A stretch of DNA of 64,000 nucleotides. Origin: Bacteroidales bacterium (GTDB lineage Bacteria; Bacteroidota; Bacteroidia; Bacteroidales; JAFGHD01). Location: the NCBI GenBank assembly GCA_016939365.1, contig JAFGHD010000084.1, forward strand, positions 576 to 64,575, read 5' to 3'. Under the pieces are notes generated by a model that was not told the DNA's origin, ran no database searches, and saw only the letters and a program-made list of their open reading frames with translations. The position numbers and the translations under genes are program-made. Of this stretch, positions 18,854-28,406 are shown one piece after another (positions within the stretch are counted from its first letter, which is position 1; every line of letters begins with the position of its first letter).

Positions 18854-20578
18854 TCAGTCGCTTTCCGGACCCGTGGTATCCCTTTTCGTAGTAGCCTTTT
18901 CATGCAGCCACTGGGCATCCAGCCGGATCATCTCTTCTACCGGGATATTCCTCTCCTTGGCCTTTTGTTTGACGTGAATATAGAATGCGTTATCTTTCCT
19001 GATCAGGTCCATATAATACAAGATGGAGTCCTCCCTCGAACTGAGGTTGTTGTAAATTGCCTTTTTCCTTTCACCATTGGTGATTTCCCTTTCCGTATAG
19101 TATTTTCCCTGTTTGGCCGTTTGGTAATCAGGCTGGACCAGAAGGTCGTAATACTCCGGAATGGGTTGGGTTTTGAGGAAGTGCATCCAGTAGGTCCTGC
19201 GTGTCATGGCAAAGGTATCCAGCAGGTTGTGCCGGGCTTGCCAAACCTGAAATCCGTTGAGAAACAGAAGGAATGTTATGATGAGAAGGAGACCTGCTCG
19301 CAGCGGCCATCTACGTTCTGTTGTATACTGAATGAAGGCGGTAAATGGTATCAGTAACAGGCCATAGGTATCTATCATTGCTCGGTGGCCAAAGCTGGCA
19401 CCAAACCACCACGACCACCATGAGGATACCAAATAGACCGTGAACAGCAGAAAGATCAGAACCGGGATCATGGCACCTCTCATCATTTTCCACAGCAGGG
19501 GGATTCCTGCCAGAGCGAAAAGCATCATGGGGGTATATAACAGCCAGCCTTTTCGGTAGCTGAACAGGACGTGAAATATCTGGGGATTGCCGAAGAAAAA
19601 ACGGGCCTCCTCACCGTAAGACCAGAAAAACGGGGATCCGCTCATTATTTTCCAGTATATCATCTGAGGAATCCAGACGATAATAGCAGTAATCACCATC
19701 ACTGACAGGTAATGCCACTGACGGGCAAGCCATTTGATTTTGTCCGGTATTCCTTTTGCGGAGGAGATGTTCCAGAATACAAAGCAGAGACCAATGATTG
19801 CGTAGGTGGGCCTGATGAGTGAAAGAAGCCCGGAAACAAGCCCAAGCAGTGCCGAGTACCTGAAGGTGGGCTGGTCATGCCACCGGTCGGTCAGATAGAT
19901 GAAGATCATGGAGAGTGCCACATTGTAGGTATGGGACATCACCGGCTGGGTGGTGAGGTAGTACAGAACGTTTGTCCCAAGGATCATTCCGGCGATGCCG
20001 AGGGCCACCGGCACATCCCTGAAGTGGCGCAGCAGCAGTTTCCTGAACCAGATCAGCCCGATGGTCAGATAAATCAGGGGGGTCATGAGAAGCATGAACT
20101 GGTAAGGCTCGGAGTATCCATCCAGGGGAAAAGGAGTAACCTGTGCAATCAGGTGAGCGATCAGAAAGAATGGGATGATCAGCAGCGCAAGCCCCATGGT
20201 GGTGGGTAATACCCATTGGCCTGAAGGGGATTTTTTGGGGAAGGAACCGTAATGGATGCGTGATTCGGGGCTTTCCGGATCATAATTACTTAAAGTCAGA
20301 TCGTGGTGGATAAAAAACGCCGTGATATATCCGTAATATGAAAGGCCGTCCCCTCCCAGCACTGCATTGGGCTTTTTCCAATCGGCCTGAATGATCTCGA
20401 TGACCATCACAACCAAAACCACTCCCAGCAAAAAAATCTTTGAACATCTCCCCGAAATGCAGGATATCCGGTTCACAGGCCTCAGTACTCCCTCTGAGAA
20501 ACTTGGCTTCAGATCAGAACTCTTCCTGCGTATCTTCGAAACGGAAGTTGTTTCGGGCTTCTTTATCATACTTATCAC
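18854..20578 (-). CDS. large polytopic membrane protein, candidate GT-C (ArnT/PMT_2-like) glycosyltransferase with a soluble C-terminal tail
   Basis: 574-aa frame with about 11-12 TM helices. The first loop is GGDGLSYYGYITAFFIHHD. About 130 aa of soluble C-terminus. The annotated start overlaps the PBP gene by 65 nt; an in-frame GTG at 20476 (MNRISCISGRCSKIFLLGVV...) is a plausible true start. The GT-C assignment is from topology and context only. Confidence 0.5.
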   Translation of the reverse strand: MISMIKKPETTSVSKIRRKSSDLKPSFSEGVLRPVNRISCISGRCSKIFLLGVVLVVMVIEIIQADWKKPNAVLGGDGLSYYGYITAFFIHHDLTLSNYDPESPESRIHYGSFPKKSPSGQWVLPTTMGLALLIIPFFLIAHLIAQVTPFPLDGYSEPYQFMLLMTPLIYLTIGLIWFRKLLLRHFRDVPVALGIAGMILGTNVLYYLTTQPVMSHTYNVALSMIFIYLTDRWHDQPTFRYSALLGLVSGLLSLIRPTYAIIGLCFVFWNISSAKGIPDKIKWLARQWHYLSVMVITAIIVWIPQMIYWKIMSGSPFFWSYGEEARFFFGNPQIFHVLFSYRKGWLLYTPMMLFALAGIPLLWKMMRGAMIPVLIFLLFTVYLVSSWWSWWFGASFGHRAMIDTYGLLLIPFTAFIQYTTERRWPLRAGLLLIITFLLFLNGFQVWQARHNLLDTFAMTRRTYWMHFLKTQPIPEYYDLLVQPDYQTAKQGKYYTEREITNGERKKAIYNNLSSREDSILYYMDLIRKDNAFYIHVKQKAKERNIPVEEMIRLDAQWLHEKATTKRDTTGPESD

Positions 20579-22796
20579 AGTCTATCTCAACAGACAGAGG
20601 CTTCAGCGGTTTCTCGAAGTCACCCAATAAAAAATTCAGGGTACTGTCGGAATAAACCTGTTTCATATAGAGGGCCCAGACAGGAAGGGCCATATTGGCT
20701 CCCTGACCCAGGGCCAGTGTCCTGAAATGGGCCGAACGGTCCTCACATCCCACCCAGACACCTGTGGTCAGATCGGGTGTGATCCCCATGAACCAGCCGT
20801 CGGAATGGTTGTTGGTTGTTCCTGTCTTGCCTGCGATGGGGTTTTCAAATTCGTATTTCAGCTTCAGGCGGATCCCGGTTCCATACTCCACCACTCCTTT
20901 CATCACTTCAAGCATCAGATAGGCAGTTTCTTCACTCATGGCTTCCTGCTGCCTGGGTATGAACGCCTCAATCACATTGCCATGACGGTCTTCGATCCGG
21001 GAGATAAAAACCGGCTCAATATAGATACCCTTGTTGGCAAATGTGTTCATGGCTCCCACCATCTCATAGAGGGAGAGGTCAGAGGATCCCAGCACGATGG
21101 CGGGTACAGGATCCATGGGGCTGGTGACACCCATTTTCTGGGCGATCTTCACCACCGACTGGGGTGAGAACCGTTTGATCAGGTGACCTGAAATCCAGTT
21201 ATTGGAAGTGGCCAGAGCGTATTTGAGGGTGACCTCCTGTCCCTTGTCCTTGTCTGCAGTGTTCTGTGGCTCCCATGTCTGACCGTTGTCAAGATAGATG
21301 ACCGGCTGGATATTGGATATCCGGGTACACGGAGACATCCCGTTTTCCATTGCCAGGGTGTAAAGGAAAGGCTTGAAGGTGGATCCCACCTGCCTCTTTC
21401 CCTGCGTGACGTGATCATACTGGAAATGCTTGTAGTTGATCCCGCCGACATATGCCCTGACATAACCTGTGGAGGGCTCCACCGACATCAGCCCGGCCTG
21501 CAGGAAGAACTTATAGTACCTGATGGAATCCATCGGGGTCATGATCGTGTCGATCTCGCCGTCCCATGAAAAGACACGCATCGGGACTGGGGTGTTGAAG
21601 ACCAGCCTGATGGAATCTGCGTCCATACCCGACTGTTTCAGTTTCCGGTATCTCTCGGACCTTTGCACGGCCTGTTGCATCAGGTTGCGTATCTCCTGCA
21701 CTGCATTCCGTTCGAAATAAAACGGCGCATTGGGATACCCCTTCCAATGTTTGAAAAACGCCGGCTGCAGATCCTGGCCCAGATGCTTAGCGATCGCATT
21801 TTCTGCGTATTGCTGCAGTCGTGAATCAATGGTCGTATATATCTTCAGCCCATCGCGGTAGAGATCGTACGGCGAACCGTCCGGTTTGTAATGATAGCTG
21901 CACCAGTCACGCAGCCGGTTCCTCAGGTATTCCCTGAAATAGGTGGCCAGTCCTGTGATATGATCCTGCCGCATAAAATGTGACATATCCAGGGGGAGTT
22001 GCTTCACCGAGTCGTAAACCTGGGAGTCGATGAATCCGTATTTCTGCATCTGGCCGAGCACGATATTCCTTCGGAACAGGACGGTATCCGGACGGCGGAT
22101 GGGATTGTAGTATGCAGGATTCTTCACCATGCCCACCAGCATGGCGGACTGTTCCAGGGTGAGCGAGTCCGGTGGCAGGTCGAAGTAGGTTTTGGCGGCT
22201 GACTTGATCCCGACGGCATTATTGATGAAATCGATCTTGTTCAGGTAGAGGGTGAGAATTTCATTTTTGGAGTACCGCTGCTCCAGCATCAGGGAGATGA
22301 TCCATTCATTTAGTTTCTGGCGGATCCTCAGCAACGCCGATTTGGGCCGTTCATGGAAAAGCAGTTTGGCCAGCTGCTGTGTGATCGTGCTGCCCCCGCC
22401 ACGGTTGGTGCCCGTCAGCACCCCTGAAAACGCCCTGAGCAAGGCCTTGAAATCAATGCCTGAATGGGAAAAGAACCGGATATCCTCAGTGGCCACAAGA
22501 GCCTGTACCAGGTGTGGAGACAGCTCGCCGAATACCGCATCGGAACGGTTTTCAATAAAGAACTTGCCCAACAGTACATGATCCGCACTGTAAACCTCTG
22601 ATGCCAGGCAACTTCTGGGATTTTCAAGCTCCTCGAAGGAAGGCATGTAACCCAGTCTTCCCGTTGCAATCATCGTAAAAAGGATCACAAGCAACAGGAT
22701 GAATCCCGCATATGAAATCCAGAATATCCACAGATATTTTCTGAATTTGCTGCTAATCCTACCCCGGATCAGATCATCCAGCCCTGGTCCCTTCAT
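20514..22796 (-). CDS. mrcA: class A penicillin-binding protein (PBP1A: glycosyltransferase GT51 plus transpeptidase)
   Basis: 760 aa. N-terminal anchor. GT51 motifs EDIRFFSHSGID and GGSTITQQLAK. Transpeptidase motifs GSTFKP (SxxK), SNN and KTGTT. Confidence 0.95.
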   Translation of the reverse strand: MKGPGLDDLIRGRISSKFRKYLWIFWISYAGFILLLVILFTMIATGRLGYMPSFEELENPRSCLASEVYSADHVLLGKFFIENRSDAVFGELSPHLVQALVATEDIRFFSHSGIDFKALLRAFSGVLTGTNRGGGSTITQQLAKLLFHERPKSALLRIRQKLNEWIISLMLEQRYSKNEILTLYLNKIDFINNAVGIKSAAKTYFDLPPDSLTLEQSAMLVGMVKNPAYYNPIRRPDTVLFRRNIVLGQMQKYGFIDSQVYDSVKQLPLDMSHFMRQDHITGLATYFREYLRNRLRDWCSYHYKPDGSPYDLYRDGLKIYTTIDSRLQQYAENAIAKHLGQDLQPAFFKHWKGYPNAPFYFERNAVQEIRNLMQQAVQRSERYRKLKQSGMDADSIRLVFNTPVPMRVFSWDGEIDTIMTPMDSIRYYKFFLQAGLMSVEPSTGYVRAYVGGINYKHFQYDHVTQGKRQVGSTFKPFLYTLAMENGMSPCTRISNIQPVIYLDNGQTWEPQNTADKDKGQEVTLKYALATSNNWISGHLIKRFSPQSVVKIAQKMGVTSPMDPVPAIVLGSSDLSLYEMVGAMNTFANKGIYIEPVFISRIEDRHGNVIEAFIPRQQEAMSEETAYLMLEVMKGVVEYGTGIRLKLKYEFENPIAGKTGTTNNHSDGWFMGITPDLTTGVWVGCEDRSAHFRTLALGQGANMALPVWALYMKQVYSDSTLNFLLGDFEKPLKPLSVEIDCDKYDKEARNNFRFEDTQEEF

Positions 22797-22865
22797 GATT
22801 TTCGGTCTCGGAAATAATGCGAATGAAAATAGTCCTCAACGAGGAACCCCAAAACTATGAAATTA

Positions 22866-24104
22866 TTATCTGATCAACTCAATTCTGAGCATATTCAGCG
22901 CAGATAGGGCTGCCTGGCGGATGTTTCTGCCGCGGTCGGTGCCGAACGAAAATTTCCGGGTGGAGCTTCCATGAGGCCCGGCCAAAGCGATCCATGTGGT
23001 TCCCACCGGTTTCTCTCCGGAGCCCCCGGAGGGTCCCGCGATTCCCGAAGTAGCCAAACAGTAGTCCGTTCCGAACAGTTGCCTGCACCCGGAGGCCATT
23101 GATGCAACGATCTGTTCACTCACGGCACCGAAGGTCTTCAGGATACCTTCATCCACACCCAGCACGCCTGTTTTGATGTCGTTGGCATATGCAATGGCTG
23201 ATCCCCTGAAATATTCTGAACTGCCCGGCACAGAGGTGATCAGGTGACTGATATATCCCCCTGTACAGCTTTCAGCTGTTGACAGTGTGCGTTTTTTTTC
23301 GAGGAGCAGCCGCCCAATCAGCTGTTCGAGACTGTCCGGTTCATACCCGATAATGAAATCAGGAATAATACGTGCCAGCTTACCGGTTTGTTCCTCAACC
23401 TCTCTTGCCAGTGCTTCATGATTTGTGCCGGTGGCGGTGATCCTGAGCCTTACGAGGCCGGGTTGCGGCAGGTAAGCCAGCCGGAAATGCCCTGGCAGTT
23501 GTACTTCCCAGTGCTCCAGCATTCCCGCCAGCGCGGATTCCCCGATACCATGGGTCAGGATCGTACGATGTATGATCTCTGCCGGAATGAAGCGTCTTTT
23601 CAGTTCAGGTAGGACAAATTCTGTTATCATGGGCCGCATCTCGAAGGGAACCCCCGGCATGGAGAAGCAGATTTTCTGATCCTTCTCGAGCATCATGCCC
23701 GGTGCGGTGCCATTTGGATTCCTGATGACGGTGCATCCTTGGGGTACCAGTGCCTGGCTCAGATTAAGAGGGTTCATGGGGATACCCCTTCGCCTGAACA
23801 TTGCCTCCACATCTCTCAGCACCTCATCGTCCTGAACGAGACGGGTGTTGAAGAACTGACACAGGGCCTCCTTGGTGACATCGTCCCGGGTGGGTCCGAG
23901 ACCACCGGTCATCAGGACGACCGGGTTCCGGTCAAAGGATTCCTGCAAAACCCCCAGGATATCCTCAGGGCGATCCGGTACAATGGTGATACGGCCTGTG
24001 ACAAATCCTGCCAGATTAAGCTGCTCGCCTATCCATGAGGCATTGGTGTTTACCACCTGGCCGATGAGCATCTCATCCCCGATGTTGACAATTTCTGCTT
24101 TCAT
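22866..24104 (-). CDS. cinA: CinA-family competence/damage-inducible protein (MoCF-binding domain plus NMN deamidase PncC domain)
   Basis: 412 aa. Begins MKAEIVNIGDEMLIGQVVNTNASWIGEQL. TGGLGPTRDD motif. C-terminal CinA domain LSTAESCTGG. Confidence 0.93.
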   Translation of the reverse strand: MKAEIVNIGDEMLIGQVVNTNASWIGEQLNLAGFVTGRITIVPDRPEDILGVLQESFDRNPVVLMTGGLGPTRDDVTKEALCQFFNTRLVQDDEVLRDVEAMFRRRGIPMNPLNLSQALVPQGCTVIRNPNGTAPGMMLEKDQKICFSMPGVPFEMRPMITEFVLPELKRRFIPAEIIHRTILTHGIGESALAGMLEHWEVQLPGHFRLAYLPQPGLVRLRITATGTNHEALAREVEEQTGKLARIIPDFIIGYEPDSLEQLIGRLLLEKKRTLSTAESCTGGYISHLITSVPGSSEYFRGSAIAYANDIKTGVLGVDEGILKTFGAVSEQIVASMASGCRQLFGTDYCLATSGIAGPSGGSGEKPVGTTWIALAGPHGSSTRKFSFGTDRGRNIRQAALSALNMLRIELIR

Positions 24105-24287
24105 TCCTTTAATGGTTCGAATGGTCAGGGATATATGTTTCCATGATTACCCAAAATTATTAATGAATATTTTTGTCCACTTCAGGCAGCAGACAGTCAA
24201 TCCGTAACAGAACCTCCAACCGGTCTGCCCTGCACCTTTGATGCGAAATTATTTTTTTTTGACCGAACCCTATAAAGCGGAAATAAA

Positions 24288-25160
24288 ATGAGCCACCTGT
24301 CGCCATCTGAACTGATCCTTCACCCGGACGGAAGTATCTATCATTTGAAACTGAAGCCTGACCAGCTTGCAGACACCATTATTCTGGTGGGTGATCCGGC
24401 CAGGGTATTGTTGGTTTCGGCACATTTTGACCGGATCACCCACCGCTCCGTCAACAGGGAAATTGCAGTGCACACCGGAATACTGAATAACCGGGGGATC
24501 ACTGTGCTTTCAACGGGGATGGGAACAGATAATATGGATATTGTGCTGAACGAGATTGATGCGCTCGCATCCATTGATCTGCAAAAACGGGAATATTTAC
24601 AAACCCCCAGAAAACTGAGGCTGATACGAATAGGCACTTCCGGGGCCATCCAGGCCGGGATTCAGCCCGGGACTCCGGTCATTTCGGAATTCGGGCTTGG
24701 CCTGGACGGCCTGATCCATTTTTACAAAGATTCAGGACGTGTGGTGGAGGAAGAGATGACAGAGACATTCATCAGGGAATCCGGCTGGCCCGGGAGGCTT
24801 CCCAGGCCCTATGCCGTAAAGGCACCCGGACATCTCTACAATCAATTGCACTTGGATTATACTTCCGGAATAACGGCGACCGCACCGGGTTTCTATGCGC
24901 CCCAGGGAAGGGAGCTCAGGCTCCATACGGCCTATCCCGATCTCAACCAAAGGATTAGCCGGTTTGAATGGAAGGGAAGAAAAGTCCTCAACTTCGAGAT
25001 GGAAACATCCGCGTTCTATGCCCTTGCCTCCATGTTGGATTACTCCGCTGTAACGGTATGTCTTATCGTTGCCAACAGGAAATCAGGCCAGTATGTGGAA
25101 GACTACCATGCCGGAATGGAATCACTGATCCGTGGTGTTCTGGAGCGCCTGGGCTACTGA
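24288..25160 (+). CDS. nucleoside phosphorylase, PNP_UDP_1 (uridine-phosphorylase-like) family
   Basis: 290 aa. ILVGDPARV, STGMGTDNMDIVLNE, RIGTSGA and FEMETSAFY blocks are typical of the family. Confidence 0.85.
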   Translation: MSHLSPSELILHPDGSIYHLKLKPDQLADTIILVGDPARVLLVSAHFDRITHRSVNREIAVHTGILNNRGITVLSTGMGTDNMDIVLNEIDALASIDLQKREYLQTPRKLRLIRIGTSGAIQAGIQPGTPVISEFGLGLDGLIHFYKDSGRVVEEEMTETFIRESGWPGRLPRPYAVKAPGHLYNQLHLDYTSGITATAPGFYAPQGRELRLHTAYPDLNQRISRFEWKGRKVLNFEMETSAFYALASMLDYSAVTVCLIVANRKSGQYVEDYHAGMESLIRGVLERLGY

Positions 25161-25244
25161 TAAGTATATTCGTGATTTTTTGTTATTTTGCATTTCAGGA
25201 CACATCTATCCTGAAGGAAAGGTGAAATTCGATCATTTAAACCT

Positions 25245-28200
25245 ATGGCTCCTCTGAAAATGGCCGTATGGACGCTTCTCAGCCTTTTCCTGATATCGGG
25301 CTTGACCGGCTTGCAGGGGCAGACTCCTGTCGGAAAGGATAACCTGGTGAACATCACCAGGCTGGAGGAGAATCTGTCCAACGCCTCGGTCAGTGAGAAA
25401 CTGGTCATATACAATGAGTTGTCCAAACAGTATCTGCCCATTTCTCCGGATCGGGCGGCAGAATATGCCCGCAAGGCTCTGGATTTTGCCGTGATCCTCG
25501 AAAACCGGCAGGAGGAGCTGTCCGCTCACTATTGGCTTGGACTGGCCTTGCTCGAGACATATGAATACCATGAAGCCCTGGACCACTTCGGCGAAGCATT
25601 GGCAATCTACAGACTCATGGGAAACAAGGTGGCGGTGTCCGATATTTTGCTGGCTGCAGGCAAAGCCTGGAGCGCTCTCGGAGATCAGCCGGTTGCTATT
25701 CAATGTCTCGAAGAGTCGGTAGAAATTGAAAAGGAAGGAGGGAGCCCGGAAAGACTCTCAGATCGCTTTGTTGAACTGGGAGATGCCTATTATGCAGATG
25801 GGCAGTACCTCAAATCCCTGGAGAGTTATCAGCAAGGCCTTGATCTGGAAACCGGCATCGGGCGTACCCAGAGGACGGCTGTTTTCCTGAATAAGATGGG
25901 GGTGGTTTACTTCGACCTGGGTAACTATGAAAAAGCCCTTGAGTATTACCTGAAATCCCTCAATCTGATGGAAGAACTGGATGACCGTCAGGGCATTGCC
26001 CGTGCCATGAACAATATCGGGCTGGTTTATCATGAATGGGGGAACAATGAAAAGGCACTTGAATACTATCACAGGTCCTTGCAGATTGAAGAGGAGCTGG
26101 GAAACATAAAGGGAATGGGAGCCTCGTACAATAACATTGGGATTATATACAGCGACTGGGGGCAGAATGAGCTCGCCATCGATTATTACCAGAAATCCCT
26201 GGAAATCGATCGCAGATACAGGGACATAACAGGGATCGCACAGTCATTGAACAACATCGGGGAGAGCTATTTTGAGCTGGGTGAACATGAAAAAGCACTG
26301 GAGTACCTCATGGAATCACTCGGTATGGAGCTTGAGCAGAACAACCGGATGGGAATCGCCCAGTCGTACCAGACCATCAGCGAAATTCATTACCGGCTTA
26401 AAGATTTCCCGCAAGCCATGTCATATCTTCAGAAAAGCATGGCCATTTCCGATTCCCTCAAGCTGATTCCGGTCATGATGGATAATTATAAGTTGATGTA
26501 TCTGATACAATCTGACCAGAATAATCACCGGGAGGCACTGCGATCATATCTCCGTTATTCCAGCCTTAAAGACTCCATATACACCGCCGACTTCCACAAG
26601 AAGCTCGCAGATGTTCAGGTGGCTCATGAGATGGAGCTTCAGGACCGGCAAACCCGCGAACTGAGGGAGGATAACAGTCAAAAAGAGCGTGAAATAAGGA
26701 TGCAAAGACTTTATCTTTTCATCATTTTTTCCCTCATGATTGTCTTTGCATTCCTCGTTTATTTTGATATCAGGGCTAAGCAACGTGCCAACAAGGCACT
26801 TCAGAAGAAAAACGATGAAATCCTCGATCAGCAGCGGCAACTGGAATCAGCACTCGAAAAGCTCTCAAACAGCGAGAAGAAATACAGGAATCTGGTCATG
26901 AATGCACCTACGGGTATTTTATATATGGATGTGAGGGGAAATATTCTGGAGATCAACAGAATGCTTCTTGAAATTCTGGGTTCCCCAGGAGAGACGGAAA
27001 CCCGGCGCATCAATTGCATGGAATTCCCCCCCCTGGTGGAAGCAGGAGTGGCCGATGACATCCGGAAGTGCATCAAGACCAGGAAAACCATATTCAACGA
27101 AAAGCCCTATACCTCCAAGTGGGGAAAGAAAATTTACGTCAGGTATTATCTGACGCCGGTCAGTAATGAAGAAAATGCGGTTACCCACATCATTTTCAAC
27201 GTAGAGGATTTTACTGACAGAAAAAATGCAGAACAAGCCCAATTCGAATCGGAGAAGAAATATCGTCACCTGGTGGAGAATTTTCTTCAGGCCATGTTTG
27301 TGATCAGGGGGGGAATGTTGCTTTTTGCCAATGCCCGGATGACAGAACTGGCGCAATACTCGCCAGAGGATCTGTATGCGGAAGGAGCCGACTGGTTGAA
27401 AAAAATAGTGCACCCTGAGGATTATGCCCTGGCCCTGGAACAGATCCATGGCCGTATGCGCCGTGAAAGCAGTGTTGAGGTCACAGAGGTGAGGTTCGTT
27501 CGGAAGGACGGGGAAGTCCGCTGGGTCGAATTGCTGGTTTCCGACATGGATTGGCTGGACAGGCCCGCCGTGCTGGCGGTTGCCATGGACATCACAAGCA
27601 GGAAAATAGCTGAAAATATTTTAATGGAATCGGAGATGAAACTCCAGGAGGCCAATGCAGCTAAAGACAAGCTGTTTTCAATCATCGCCCATGACCTGCG
27701 GAATCCTTTCAACGCCATCACCGGTTTTGCCAGCCTTCTCTACGAGTCTTACGAAACGCTTGACGAACAGACCAAAAGGCAGTATATCAGGAATATATAT
27801 GATGCAGCAGACAACACCTTCAGGTTGCTTCAGAACCTTCTCGACTGGTCGTTATCACAGACAGGAAAGCTTGTTTTTAATCCGCAAGTACTTGATCTGA
27901 CCCCTATAGTCAGGGAAACGGTCAGCTATATGCTTCCCTCTGCTGAACGCAAAAATGTCAGGGTCGGAATTTCATTGCCGAAGGATATCAAAGTTTTTGC
28001 GGATGAGAATATGGTCAGGACCGTGATCCGGAACCTCTTTTCGAATGCGGTAAAATTCACCCTACCATCTGGCACGGTTAGCATCGAATACGGTATGCTG
28101 GACGGCAGGGTCCAGATCAGATTCACCGATACGGGAATCGGCATTGACCCTGAGGATCTGGATAACCTGTTCCGGCCTGACAAGCAATACAAGTCCTCAC

Positions 28201-28346
28201 GGACCAGCGGGGAGCAGGGATCCGGGCTGGGGCTGATGCTTTGCAAGGAGTTTGTTGAAAAAAACGGAGGAGAGATCACGGTGGAGAGCGTGAAGGGGCA
28301 GGGAAGTGTTTTCACATTTACACTTCCGCTTGCACCTTCCTCGTGA
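25245..28346 (+). CDS. TPR-repeat / PAS-PAS sensor histidine kinase (orphan; no adjacent response regulator)
   Basis: 1033 aa. Signal/anchor, about 8 TPR units (repeated ALEYY..SL.I pattern), a TM helix (LYLFIIFSLMIVFAFLVYF), two PAS-like segments, H-box FSIIAHDLRNP, N box NLFSNAVKF, and G boxes DTGIGI / GSGLGL. Confidence 0.9.
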   Translation: MAPLKMAVWTLLSLFLISGLTGLQGQTPVGKDNLVNITRLEENLSNASVSEKLVIYNELSKQYLPISPDRAAEYARKALDFAVILENRQEELSAHYWLGLALLETYEYHEALDHFGEALAIYRLMGNKVAVSDILLAAGKAWSALGDQPVAIQCLEESVEIEKEGGSPERLSDRFVELGDAYYADGQYLKSLESYQQGLDLETGIGRTQRTAVFLNKMGVVYFDLGNYEKALEYYLKSLNLMEELDDRQGIARAMNNIGLVYHEWGNNEKALEYYHRSLQIEEELGNIKGMGASYNNIGIIYSDWGQNELAIDYYQKSLEIDRRYRDITGIAQSLNNIGESYFELGEHEKALEYLMESLGMELEQNNRMGIAQSYQTISEIHYRLKDFPQAMSYLQKSMAISDSLKLIPVMMDNYKLMYLIQSDQNNHREALRSYLRYSSLKDSIYTADFHKKLADVQVAHEMELQDRQTRELREDNSQKEREIRMQRLYLFIIFSLMIVFAFLVYFDIRAKQRANKALQKKNDEILDQQRQLESALEKLSNSEKKYRNLVMNAPTGILYMDVRGNILEINRMLLEILGSPGETETRRINCMEFPPLVEAGVADDIRKCIKTRKTIFNEKPYTSKWGKKIYVRYYLTPVSNEENAVTHIIFNVEDFTDRKNAEQAQFESEKKYRHLVENFLQAMFVIRGGMLLFANARMTELAQYSPEDLYAEGADWLKKIVHPEDYALALEQIHGRMRRESSVEVTEVRFVRKDGEVRWVELLVSDMDWLDRPAVLAVAMDITSRKIAENILMESEMKLQEANAAKDKLFSIIAHDLRNPFNAITGFASLLYESYETLDEQTKRQYIRNIYDAADNTFRLLQNLLDWSLSQTGKLVFNPQVLDLTPIVRETVSYMLPSAERKNVRVGISLPKDIKVFADENMVRTVIRNLFSNAVKFTLPSGTVSIEYGMLDGRVQIRFTDTGIGIDPEDLDNLFRPDKQYKSSRTSGEQGSGLGLMLCKEFVEKNGGEITVESVKGQGSVFTFTLPLAPSS

Positions 28347-28406
28347 AGTCGGCTTATCTTTGCTCCTTCAGGGTAATATTTTATCATTAGCCCTGTTAAT
28401 CAATCC

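Noticed and set aside
20476-20578. Overlap of about 65 nt between the PBP1A 3' end and the start of the 574-aa membrane protein, considered as a possible programmed overlap
   Set aside because: It is most simply explained by the ORF track choosing the most upstream start. An in-frame GTG at 20476 gives a normal basic N-terminus followed by the first TM helix, with no overlap.
24114-24122. GGTTCGAAT, a tRNA T-loop-like string in the cinA upstream region
   Set aside because: The flanking bases cannot form a T-stem (AATGG against GGTCA). No acceptor or anticodon arms can be drawn. It is not a tRNA.
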